From: Hyphochytrium catenoides
Taxonomy: Eukaryota > Protista > Hyphochytriomycota
Direction of reading: 5' to 3'
NCBI GenBank assembly: GCA_900088475.1
Contig: FLMG01001546.1
Coordinates: 62,001-126,000 of the forward strand
Length of the DNA stretch: 64,000 nt
The translations under genes and the position numbers were made by a program. Position 1 is the stretch's first letter; the number at the start of each line of letters is the position of its first letter. Below the pieces are notes generated by a model that saw nothing but the letters and a program-made list of their open reading frames with translations, had not been told where the DNA came from and searched no databases. Positions 1 to 10,688 of the stretch are shown piece by piece.

Positions 1-767
1 TCGTGATGCGTAGGAATAAGGATCACCTTGGCTTCTTCATCAAAGTCTACGTGCTTCTTGACCTTTTTGGAGGTGCTAGGTGTTATAGCAGCTCCATCTC
101 TAGCGCCACCTGACTTGGAGTCTATCCCCATGGAGGCCAAACTCTGACCTGCGTCATCCTTACAGCTCTCGAGATCCTCCAACTCCGCAACCGCATTAGC
201 CTCAGCGGGTCGTTTGTCCCCGGCATGGGAGCCCTCCTGCCGTGCTCGAGTTGTCGTGCTGTCAGGCTCTTCTGTTGCGGGGCTACCTCCATACCATCGT
301 GTGATCCTAGAGAGAAGTCCCACTCCTCCGCGTAATGCATTCGGATGGCGATCTTCTCCACCTTTCACCTTCACCCTGATACCCTCACTGGCAGCTTGCC
401 GACGCGCTGATTCCCTTTGCATTTGCCTCTTGGATTCTTCAATGCCCAGGTTGGCCATGTACTGCTGTCTGATAGCGCGAGGGTCTCGTCTTGCGGTAAT
501 GAGTGGTCGCGGGTTAGGGGCCACAGATCCAACTCCAGCGGACGGAAGCTGAGGAGGAGGAAGCTGGAAACCTCCAACTCTCGGCAAATCCGGGGGTGGT
601 CCGGTATCTTCTTCCGCATCAGGAGGACAGACAGGTAAACTCTTTCGCTTCCGCTCAGGACTCTGATCTATACCAAGTATGGCACTACCGCTTTGGTACA
701 AATCTCTCCCTAAACTCTGTAGCTCATCATTGTTGATGTTTCCGTGTGGGGAAAAGCGGTACGACAT
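1..767 (-). CDS. Uncharacterised low-complexity protein with RVxF-type (PP1-docking-like) motif; 3' end lies outside the window
   Basis: Stop-free frame from ATG at 767 (MSYRFSPHGNINNDELQ...) to the window edge (...TSKKVKKHVDFDEEAKVILIPTHH). The ORF track misses it because no stop lies in the window. Confidence 0.7.
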   Translation of the reverse strand, partial: MSYRFSPHGNINNDELQSLGRDLYQSGSAILGIDQSPERKRKSLPVCPPDAEEDTGPPPDLPRVGGFQLPPPQLPSAGVGSVAPNPRPLITARRDPRAIRQQYMANLGIEESKRQMQRESARRQAASEGIRVKVKGGEDRHPNALRGGVGLLSRITRWYGGSPATEEPDSTTTRARQEGSHAGDKRPAEANAVAELEDLESCKDDAGQSLASMGIDSKSGGARDGAAITPSTSKKVKKHVDFDEEAKVILIPTHH

Positions 768-2050
768 TTTTATCGGAAGATGCGACAACGAAGTCCGCTC
801 ACCTCGATTCTTGCTTCACCTATACGTGGAGCCCACACTACAGATTATAAAAGTCATCCTCCCTAGGGTCAGCAGAAAAGCTGAGCACCTCTCCGGTCTG
901 TTCCTTTCTGAAGCTAGCCAGGAAACAGTGCGATCCAAAAGGAACTCTTCAGCCAATCTTGCAATCATCAGCTGCCTTAGGTACTGAATCTTGTAGCTTT
1001 CTCTGTTCGGGCGTTGACTTTTGAGGGGCTAGGAAATCATGACGACGGCCTCATGAGATGGCTCCAGTGCTGCCTGCGCCCAACTTCGCGACCTGATGCT
1101 CCCCCGTCCGTTTCGTGCCTTTTGAAGAGAAGAATCGCTTTAGTGCGTGAACTCATCAACCAGCGCTGCCCTGCTGATGAGTCCCGGTTGACTGCTGAAG
1201 AGCATTGAGGAAGGTGGAGAACAGGCAGATATAACAGTTCATGTGACCTGGGATGTGGTTGCCCAATGCCTCAAGGCATTTATTCATAATATCCATATTA
1301 TTCAACCGGGATAACCTTTGGGAAGTGTTGTACTATTGACGATAACTGTACATGTTTGTAGTCCTTACTCTTCGTCCTTGGGCTGGCTGCAGATGTGATC
1401 AGTGATTCGTGAAGCTGCTGGCACAGCTATTATCGCTTTCTGTGGGCAGGGCAGACTCCAGTGAGATTGTGCCTGTGAATGTCTGTACTTCTACCAGCGG
1501 CGCGCGATGGACTATGGAGGCGTCAGAGCAGCAGCAGCACTTCCAACCTTGAGCGAGGTGTAGCATCGTATGTAACACTTGCTGTTGCTGCCATAGATGG
1601 GCAGGATACCAACAGTAACGCCTTTCCCAAGCGCCACCACGGCCGTCAACGAGGATGAAGCGATAGCTGTCTGATCCAAGATAGGTTTATCTTATAGGTT
1701 TATCTTATATGGCTTGTTGTGAAGCACAAGGCGGAGCTAAATAAAAGATAATGGTTATATGCTGTCGAGGGACCTCTATCGCCCCGTCAGGAGCGAGATG
1801 GATTAGCTGTAGTTTTAGGCAAGACGCCTCTCTGCTGCCTAATCTTCCGCCGCGGTCTATGTCAGATGCCAGTGTCATACTCAGAAGTGGTAAGTTACAG
1901 GGTGTGAGCCAACCAACATCGGTAATAATCTGTTCTCCTACTCTTCAATCAGGAAGTAAACGGGCCAACGTGGGTCATGATTATTGGTCTTCTTGTCTCC
2001 TGATAGAGGCTGATCCCATCCTGTACTCTTCTTCAGCATTTTGTCGGCCG

Positions 2051-3031
2051 TTAAGAGATGTGACGAAGCGCTATCTTCTTTGTAGGGCGGTCAAACCCCT
2101 CTTCAACAAAGAACCTTTTTCCAAGAAGAGCGTTAGTGGCCCGAATCTCATCCTGGTAAAGTCTCAGGGGATTTGTTAGTCCCAGTTCCTGAAGATCTTT
2201 CTGGTAGAGATTCAAGGCCGTCAGGATGTCAGGCTTGAAGCTTGTGATCCGAAACCCCAGCGCTCCGAGCCGCTCTAAGACATTGACAGCCGTAACTCTG
2301 TCCCAAAAGCGATCGATGTAAACGCAGATTACGTGGTTCTTCTCCCTTGTCAGAGTTGAGACCTTTGAAGCTGAGCTCAAGTCCCCCTTGGCGGTAACTT
2401 CAGCAATCTTAGCCCAAACTAAATCAACCACCTGACTGTCACAGAACAAAAGAAACTTCCCGGAGCCGTAGTTGTACCGCTTTGCCAGTTCAAAGAGCTC
2501 GGCTGCCACCTGAGCCGCCTCAAGGTCCAGAGCTGGACTCTTTAAATTTCTACGGCGATGCTCCACCCGTGCTGAAGGCTGAGCTTTCACTTGATCAATA
2601 GTTGCTCGCGCCAATCGACACTTTTCCCGCCATCTTCCAACAAGTTCTAGGCATTCTTGGATACAGGCTCTTCTGTCTTCCTCCCTTGGAGTAGTTTCCC
2701 TCTCGCAGCCCGAAATGTAGATAAATGGAGACGTTTCAGAGGGTATTTGAGATGGTCTGCATCGTCTGACAAACTCTGCTAGGGTTTCCTTAATCCTTGG
2801 GCACAACCACCCGCCCCTATCGCTTGTCCATCCAGTCGGGGTCGATCCTGGAAGGGAGGAACACCCAGCATCGTTTTGAGGAAAGCCACTCCTCTTCGAG
2901 ACAGGTTGTACCTTTACGCACTTATCATGTCTCTCCGAGGAGGAGGAGGGCTTGTCTGCCTCTACGTCTTCGTCCGAAGAAACGGAAATGTCTATGACTT
3001 CGTGATGTGAGACGATCGGTTTACCAAACAT
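2051..3031 (-). CDS. BLES03/C11orf68 (DUF1917) family protein, eIF4E-like fold
   Basis: Long intronless ORF. Motifs SGKFLLF..D.VW.KIA..T.KGDL..ASKV, HVICVY..F.D...V.VL..L..LG and FKPD..T.LNLY match the recalled DUF1917 pattern. First ATG is at 3031 (the ORF track extends to GTG 3073). Confidence 0.8.
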   Translation of the reverse strand: MFGKPIVSHHEVIDISVSSDEDVEADKPSSSSERHDKCVKVQPVSKRSGFPQNDAGCSSLPGSTPTGWTSDRGGWLCPRIKETLAEFVRRCRPSQIPSETSPFIYISGCERETTPREEDRRACIQECLELVGRWREKCRLARATIDQVKAQPSARVEHRRRNLKSPALDLEAAQVAAELFELAKRYNYGSGKFLLFCDSQVVDLVWAKIAEVTAKGDLSSASKVSTLTREKNHVICVYIDRFWDRVTAVNVLERLGALGFRITSFKPDILTALNLYQKDLQELGLTNPLRLYQDEIRATNALLGKRFFVEEGFDRPTKKIALRHIS

Positions 3032-4601
3032 GACGATAGCCTCGGCGGCTCTAGTGGTCGTCAGGATTGACACCTTGTCCGTCCAGCAAAGGTAGAATAG
3101 TCGGCATCATCTGAGACTCTAGTTCTACTAGGAAGGCCTGAACAGCTACTTTCATCTGTTCCCTCTTCTCCATGTACTGCTGTACTTTCTATAATCTCCT
3201 CCAGATAAGAGTGAGTTCGCGGCAGACGCGAAGATTCGCACACAAGTTTTGGCAATTTCAGAAAATTTTCATACTGTACTTTTATATTTACTTATTACTA
3301 GTCTGTACTGTACAGAGCTGCTGAGCTGCTGGCGGCTGCTTCAAATTCCGAATATCACTCCTTCCACAGCCTCAGTGCCATACTCCCAAGCAAGGGTATA
3401 ATAATGGTGGTACTACTAGGCTTGTTCATAGACGGAAATGTTAGGGTAAAGTAAATAAAAGTCATGGGAGGTCTGGGTCGTGCAGTTTTGACAAAAGGGT
3501 TCCCAGGCCTACGAGTAGGGGTTTCCAGGCCAATAATCTAGCTTGCAGTAGCTAACAAGTTAGGCGGCGGTTCGTACGCTGTCCCAGCACTACTACTAAT
3601 AGAACTTCCTACAATTAGGATGAGCTAGCAGCCCCCTTTCAGGACCTTCTAGTACACAAAAGCGCACTCCAGCGACTATGGCGTTAGTAATAATAACAGA
3701 AGAGCCACGTACTGTCAGCAGCTCTAAGAAATACACTTACACAGTTTCAGGTCCTCTGGAGTAATAATAATAGTCTCTCAGTTCTAGGATCTAGGATTGC
3801 TCCAGTTCCTTTTTTCTAATAACAAGTTCTATCTGTGGTCTTGCCAAGGGTCTTGCTGCTTTTGTATGAAGAGCCAGCCACCATGTCCAGACCAGCTGTC
3901 AAACCATCAGACACGCACAGACGACCTTGAGTCCTTGAGAGTCCAAGCTGCTTCTGTGTTCACAGAGCTGCTGTGTGTCTCTGGGGCTGTTACCAGCTGG
4001 TAGTGCGTCGTAGTGATCAAGGGTGACCTCTCGTTTCTGAATCCACCAGCTGGACAGTGAAACCAACGAACTTTAGAGAAACCCATGCTTCTTCTTGCGT
4101 CCAGCTACGCAGTACGGTAGCTCCTCTTCATGTTACTGAAGCATGTTTATTACATTCCTAGGAATTAGAAAGAACAAATAAGGCCTTATGTGGTCCCGTC
4201 GGTCTGGGTGTCGTGGCACCGCCATACTTTCCGCAAAGCACTCGATGGGACCCTCCCTTCCTTGCTCTTCCTGCGCGAAGTGGTGCTTACTGGGGTGCGC
4301 CTAGGGAGTAACTTTCAGCCGTGATGATGGAGGGGATTACAAGTACTTCTTTGGGCATGCGTCTATAGGGTACTTCTATCAGCATCATTGACCAACCACC
4401 TGGCTTTAAGAAGGATCACGACACATTGTTGGCTACCTATATGCAATCAGGCAGTGACCGGTGACTTGTTCTCCAACATCCGACACTGTTCTGTGTCGGC
4501 GGTCGTCAGGACACGCGTCTCCGTCAGGAACTGCTCTCATTCTGCAGTTTTCCTCCAAGTGATAACGGCCTACTTTAGGCTCTCTTCCCACCATCTGGGT
4601 T

Positions 4602-4693
4602 TGTCTATAACACATATAGGGACATATACGCGCTGTCAAGCTTCTGGTGTCTATAACACATATAGGGACATATACGCGCTGTCAAGCTTCTGG
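4602..4693. repeat. Perfect 46-bp tandem duplication immediately upstream of the YeeE/YedE gene
   Basis: tgtctataacacatatagggacatatacgcgctgtcaagcttctgg at 4602-4647 and again at 4648-4693. Confidence 0.95.
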
Positions 4694-4713
4694 CAACAAC
4701 TCTGTTCTGAACC

Positions 4714-5823
4714 ATGTACGCAGTACTGGCAGGAGGAGACAGCATTGTCCCCTTAAGTGAACTATGGGGCGCCGCTTTCGGAGGGACGCTTATAGCGCTC
4801 AGCAGCAGCTTTTATCTCTATCAAATGGGAAGAATTAGCGGAATCTCGGGAATACTTGAAGGAGGGTTTCTGAACCTGGTAAAGGCAGACTGGAGAGACA
4901 AGGACGCCATCAGATGGAAGCTTACATACAGTGCTGGTTTAATGCTATCAGTTCATATCTACGCACTCTTCGCGACGTTACCTCCGATGTTAGAGGGAAA
5001 GAAGGGATATATGGACTGGACATGGAAGGTTATGCTCGTGGAGGCTATATCAGGCTTCTTGGTTGGACTGGGTAGCCGGCTCAGCAATGGCTGCACCTCG
5101 GGGCACGGCGTTTGCGGCCTCAGTCGCCTGTCGCTGAGGTCTTTTACGGCTGTAATGACCTTTATGTTCACTGCTGTCATCACAGCGTCAATGGTTGTTG
5201 GAGAGAGTGGAACATTCATTGACTCAACTGTCACCGATAAGGGAAGATCCACCGTCTGCACTAATGCAACCAATGGAGAGTGTGAACCGCCAATGATTGT
5301 TCTAGGGCGTGCTTTAACATTTCTCCTTCTGTGCGGCTCCCTGGTGTTGGGGATCGTGAGTGTACCTTCAAAATCAATTATGGAAGAGGCTACCGACTAC
5401 TTGATAACTACCTTCGCCGCCGTAATGTTCGGCCTGGGGTTGCTCTTCAGCAAGATGGCTGCGCGGTGGAAAGTGTTAGCTTTCCTAAACTTGTCCACTT
5501 TGCAGAGATGGGACCCCTCTCTTATGCTGGTTCTCTGTGCGGCTGTTGGCATAAACCTGATCACCTTTAACTACATTATACCCAGGATGAAGAAGCCCTT
5601 AGTTTGCAACACGATGATCGATCGCAATCTTGTGGTCGGTGCCGCTCTCTTTGGCATTGGATGGGGCTTGTCGGGTACCTGTCCAGGACCAATGATGCTG
5701 CTCGTCTCTGCTGGATACCTGCGTCCCACTCTAATCTTTGCTCCAGCCTTACTTCTTGGTATGACAGCAGTACCAAGAGCTAAGAGGTTTCTGGCGCCTC
5801 AGACCTCCAATAAGGCCGCATAG
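4714..5823 (+). CDS. YeeE/YedE family sulfur-compound (thiosulfate-type) transporter; two bacterial half-proteins fused
   Basis: 369-aa intronless hydrophobic ORF. First half has GRISGISGI and GSRLSNGCTSGHGVCGLSRLSLRS. Second half has FGLGL, KVLAFL, WDPSL and GAALFGIGWGLSGTCPGP. Confidence 0.92.
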   Translation: MYAVLAGGDSIVPLSELWGAAFGGTLIALSSSFYLYQMGRISGISGILEGGFLNLVKADWRDKDAIRWKLTYSAGLMLSVHIYALFATLPPMLEGKKGYMDWTWKVMLVEAISGFLVGLGSRLSNGCTSGHGVCGLSRLSLRSFTAVMTFMFTAVITASMVVGESGTFIDSTVTDKGRSTVCTNATNGECEPPMIVLGRALTFLLLCGSLVLGIVSVPSKSIMEEATDYLITTFAAVMFGLGLLFSKMAARWKVLAFLNLSTLQRWDPSLMLVLCAAVGINLITFNYIIPRMKKPLVCNTMIDRNLVVGAALFGIGWGLSGTCPGPMMLLVSAGYLRPTLIFAPALLLGMTAVPRAKRFLAPQTSNKAA

Positions 5824-6632
5824 TCACGCGACATACTAATCGGAAAATCTGTCAACGGAGAAAAGGTTCCCTCCATTTACAGTGAAAGAAAGAGTCAATA
5901 TGGTATTGGGAAACCCTGTCTTGTGCGAGAGAAGAGTGAACAAGAGCACGCTTGGGTTTGCGCCCTCGGAGCTCCAAGCCTACCCACCCACAGCCGGAAT
6001 GAGAAGCGCTCTGTCTTCAATCTGGTTGACCATAAGCTTCACCGACTGCCTTCAAATAGACGATATAGATAAGCCCGGGCCGTCTGAATAGGTCTATTAG
6101 ACAAATATACGGTGATGGAGCTATTGACCCCTTCCATTAAAGCAATATAATAGTGACTTTTTTGTTAGCTACATGTTAGCGACATGTGATGTGGCCACCT
6201 CAGCCGCCCATCTTGGCGCTCAACTAGCAGCAACCCTGATAACTGCTATGGTCGATTGATCATGGCAATGCGTCTTCCGCTCGTGCTGCCCCGCTCCTGA
6301 TGAATGATGACTCTCACCAAGCCAAGTCACGTTCAGTCCTACGTCCCAAATAATACTTCCATCATCATCCATCATAACAGGCAATGATAGGTAGCCGCTA
6401 ACCGCCTTTCTTGCAGGTTATTAGTTTGAGCTCTGTTCTGACGATGATGAAGATTCTGAGCTCTGCGCGTTGAGTTGCACAGCCTGCAAAGGCAAGCCTG
6501 GTGCTGCCGGTCTGCCGTCAAGAGGAGCTGCTAGTTCCAAGTATTGAGCGCCCTCCAGCGGGCAAGATCCATGAGTGCATTAATTTAATGAGTTCGCTCC
6601 ATTCACTTGACCTTAATAATAGAACAGAGAAC

Positions 6633-9600
6633 ATGGAAGAGCTTCGTCTAGAAGGCAACCAGGCCTATTCAAGAGGGGATTATCGTGTCGCCATCGCAAA
6701 GTACTCCGCTGCCCTTGACGTGGAGGAATGTTCTAGCAGCGATGACAGCGCACAAACGAGAGGAATTGTTCTCAGCAATCGTGCAGCGTGCTGGTTGAAG
6801 CTTTCGGAATGGGATAAAGCTCTCTCTGATTGTAATGAGGCGCTAGGTTGTTCCTCTGGCGGCAGAGAGAAAGTCTTGTTCCGTCGCGCACAGGTGACTA
6901 CCCAGAGGCTAAGAATTCAATGAAATGTTCTAACCTAGGGGTTCGTACGTTTGACATGTCGTGCCTTAACCCTTACATCTCGATTCGAAAATTATCTCGA
7001 TAGGCTCTTCACAAGCTAGGAAGAAGTAATGAGGCCTTTAAAGACTATGCGGAGGTGCTGCGCATTAACCCTAAGAACCAACCTGCAGCCGAGGCTGCAC
7101 GGGCACTTAAAGACGACATACTGAAGAAAGCCAGCGGCGTGGAAACTGCGTTAGAGCGTATTGAGGACTCTTCACTTTCCGGTGAGGGTCGAAGGGACAT
7201 TCTCAAGGTGAAACCGCAGCCTTATGAGGGAAAGTCTAGCGCTGCTTACCTTTCTCCGGTCTTTCCGTGCAGGCGCTCATCTCTAGGGCTTCATCTGAGC
7301 CCTCTGTTGCAAGGGAGATTTGTGAGCTGGACGGCATCCGACGGCTCTGGTGCTTTAGGGCTGACTTGGTTGAACTGGTGGTTCTCTACTCAATACTTAC
7401 GGAGAAATCTAGGTGCATCGTGCAGCTCCTGGAGGCAGTGGACTTCGAAGCCTTCGCTAAACTTGAAGGACATCAACTAAATATTATCTCGGCGACCGTC
7501 CATCTGTGCACTGAGGTCTTTCTTGCTGTTACTAGAGCGGAGGAATCGAACTCTGAGATCGAGGCCTTGCCGCAAGAGCTAGCGACTAGACAGCGCAGGA
7601 AGCTAATCACAGTCTTCCTCCATTGGATTCCCTCTCCCTCGCTAGAGACAAAGTGCCTAGTCCTTGATGCTCTGCTAAAAATATGCCAAGCACCTTCTCT
7701 GGCTTCAGAGTTTGCGCTGTATGGCGCTCTAGGTAGAGTTATCTAGTTTCAAATAGCCGTCCAAACAAGTTCTTCCATGGACAGAATCTTCGTTGTCCTT
7801 TTTTGCTTACAACTAGTCCACCTACATCCAGAGTGCTGCTCCACGCTGTGTGTACCCTAGTTTTACTATCAATTTGACTTGCTAACAGTCTTTGTTGCAC
7901 GGAGGTTTCTGACCAGCTACCATCTGTGCTTGCACTCTCTGTCCTGTTGATCTCTGCGGTCGCATTTCCGTGAAGAAATGCTGTACAATGCATGTGCCAC
8001 TTCGTCAAGAAAACTCCAGGGTAGGCTCTCTCTACTCTTCGGACAGATGCTTAGCAGCTACAACGACGACGACGTAGTGCGACGGCGGGTTAATGAACTA
8101 GCGCTCTCGAAGCTTGCAGATGGGATATACACGGATGCTCTCTCTGCTATCAGCTTGGTCAACGGGTTATTTTTGGTTAACAAGGACGTTGGCAAGTGGG
8201 CCATCGCCCAGCCCGGTGCGTGTTTAGCAGGGTGTTACGCGATTAAGAACATTAGGACGCTCAAGCTCCGTCTTATCCTCTAACAACCTAATTATGCTCT
8301 ATCTAATAACTGATCTGATCTCTACCATGCCTACATCAAGGGGTTGTGCTGTGCATCCACCGGCTTGCAGCTAGTCAAGATGCCATCGCGCAGAGCGTCG
8401 CCGTTGAAACCATTTCTTATGCTATGGACTCCGAAGACACACGGTCTTCGGTACAAGAATTGGTTATCTCTCTTATGCCTCAGCTCATGAATAGCCCGGA
8501 TCTATACGTGATGTCTGGAGCCATAGCCGCCACCGTCAAGCTTATGATAGCATCCAAAGCTTTCAAGGCCGGATCGGAGGATGGACGACAGCTCTTGGCC
8601 GGTACTTTGAGGTATGGTGTCGGGCCACAGCATTCATACAAAGTATGAAGTGTGTCAATATGATAGTTGGACTACACTCACGTCAATACCCCAACCCATT
8701 CTTTGGAGTTCTGCGACTATTTCGGTCTTCCCGATCCTGGCTGTGACTTGAGCAGTCATTCGTCTCTCTGATGGCTGGCCCATTTTTACTCCGCACTCCA
8801 TCTAGGCTTCTTCAAGAGGCGGGAAAGGCGGCCAATCTTGAAGACATTTCTGGGCGCAGCTTAGCGGAACGAGTGGTGGAAGCTTGCTCTTACATGATTA
8901 CCGATACAGTTGCAAAAGACAAACTTTGCGCCGATGCATTGGCACTGAAATCCCTCATCAGCTTGGCCGACAAATACTGGGCCCAGTCTCCTACAGTAGC
9001 CTACGGCCTTGCCTACATCTTCAATCACTTATTAGTGCAAGAGTCAGATCTAAAGAGGAAGAAAATGGAGGGGATGGAGGTAAGTTGAACGGCTCTTTGG
9101 AGCATTTCTGGTGAAGGTGAGAGGGGAGCGATAGCGAACAATGGTGCTAGTGTAAAGGCAAGAATCAGGATCAGAGTGAAGCTAGCGACATGAAAGAACC
9201 AAGCTGAGCGTATGGGAAGGAACAGTAGTTCTAGATTAGGGATAGGGCATCAGTAGCTCCCTCACATGACCTGCTGTGCCTTCTCCGAAAAGTTTACACC
9301 CCAGCAGTATGAAGAGTTTATGAAGCTTACTAAGCAGGACAACCTGCTGGCAGACGGTGATAGTGACGATCAGCTCACGGCGCGTATCGGACACTTTGCA
9401 GCTTCGGGCGGTGTGCCTGTCATTATCCGAATGCTCAAGAGCACCAGTGACAAGACTAGTGAATTAGCTGTGGAGGTAACAGGCAGTTTCCTCCACCTTT
9501 TGTCACCCATTAGACGTTCGTAAGGAACCTGGCCCTAACAGTAGCCCTATGGGCCTTCTGCGTCCTACGGCCTAGGCCATTTTGCATGCAGTGACCGTCC

Positions 9601-10537
9601 AAGGACCTGTCCGTGGTGTTTTCGTCCAGCAGGGGGCAATCAAAGCTCTGTTACCCTTCACGACCACCAAGAGTAAGATAGACGGGCGGTACCTCGCCGC
9701 TGGGCAGGCGATCGCTAAGCTTCTGATCACCACAAACCCGAACCTAATCCCCTCTTCAGGTAACAGTTCGCTCTAGAAGTATTTCGTATTGGTATGTCCA
9801 CTCTAAAGCGTCCATGTCTGTTTCACTCCACGATAGAGTTGTTCAGCACCATAGGCCCTCTGCTTCGTCTATTGGATGAGGATAGCAACCTGATCCAGTT
9901 TGAAGCTCTGATGGCCCTGACAAACATCGCAACTGTTGGAGATGACGCCAAGGGTCGTATAGTTGCGAACCGAGGACTAAGGAAGCTGGAGTTTGCCCAG
10001 GTCTGAGTAACTATAGTTGTGAACAGCAAGGGTATCAATATGTTGACACCTTGAATTGCACCTTCACAGTTCTCGGACCATATCCTTGTGCGCAGAGCTG
10101 CTACTGAAGCCATAAGCAACCTCTTCCCAGTGCCCGAGCTCTTCGACTTTATGAAAGACAGTGAGAAAGTGAGATTGTGGATCGCCTTGGCGCGCTCCTA
10201 TGAAGAGGACTTGGCCACTTCTTCTGCTGCCGCTGCTCTGCTGGCGATGATCATTCAGGCTCCAGACTGCGGAAAAAGTTTTCTCGAACACGAAGGAGCT
10301 CAAGCGTTGATTGAGCTCTTAACATCCCCTCATCCAGAGCTGAAGCACCGCAGCCTTGTCGGGGTTCTGCACCTCCTGAAACTAGAAGGAGGTCCCTCAG
10401 CCCTTATAGCAGCTGGAGCAATCCAAGCTCTAGTCACAACCAAGAGCTCAACTTCACTGCCTGAAGAAATCCGCTCAATTGCGGAAGAGGCGCTGAATTT
10501 ACTGCGCATTAGGACTAAACAGCAGGCTGCACCTTGA
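6633..10537 (+). CDS. UNC45: UNC-45 myosin chaperone (TPR + central ARM + UCS domain), multi-exon
   Basis: N-terminal TPRs (LRLEGNQAYSRGDY..AIAKY; SNRAACWLKL; KVLFRRAQ). UCS hallmarks AGQAIAKLLITTNP, LIQFEALMALTNIA, RRAATEAISNL and ELKHRSLV. Exons are joined by GT-AG introns; stop TGA ends at 10537. Confidence 0.9.
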
Positions 10538-10688
10538 GATTTTACGGCTGCTTAAGGCTCTCTCACTGCAATGTGAGCCTGTACCGTCTTCGTAGTTTAC
10601 ACTACTACGCAGTCTATTTATTTGTATGGTAGAAATCTTAAAGATAAGAGGACAGTGCCTTTATTGCTTGTCTCGTCAGTTGCGAGGC

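Noticed and set aside
6380-6465. Possible box C/D snoRNA (ctga-cg-atgatga...ctga)
   Set aside because: No consensus 5' box C or clear terminal stem, and an adjacent branch point plus acceptor (ctaac...ttgcag) suggests a 5' UTR exon of UNC45. It would need snoscan or small-RNA data.
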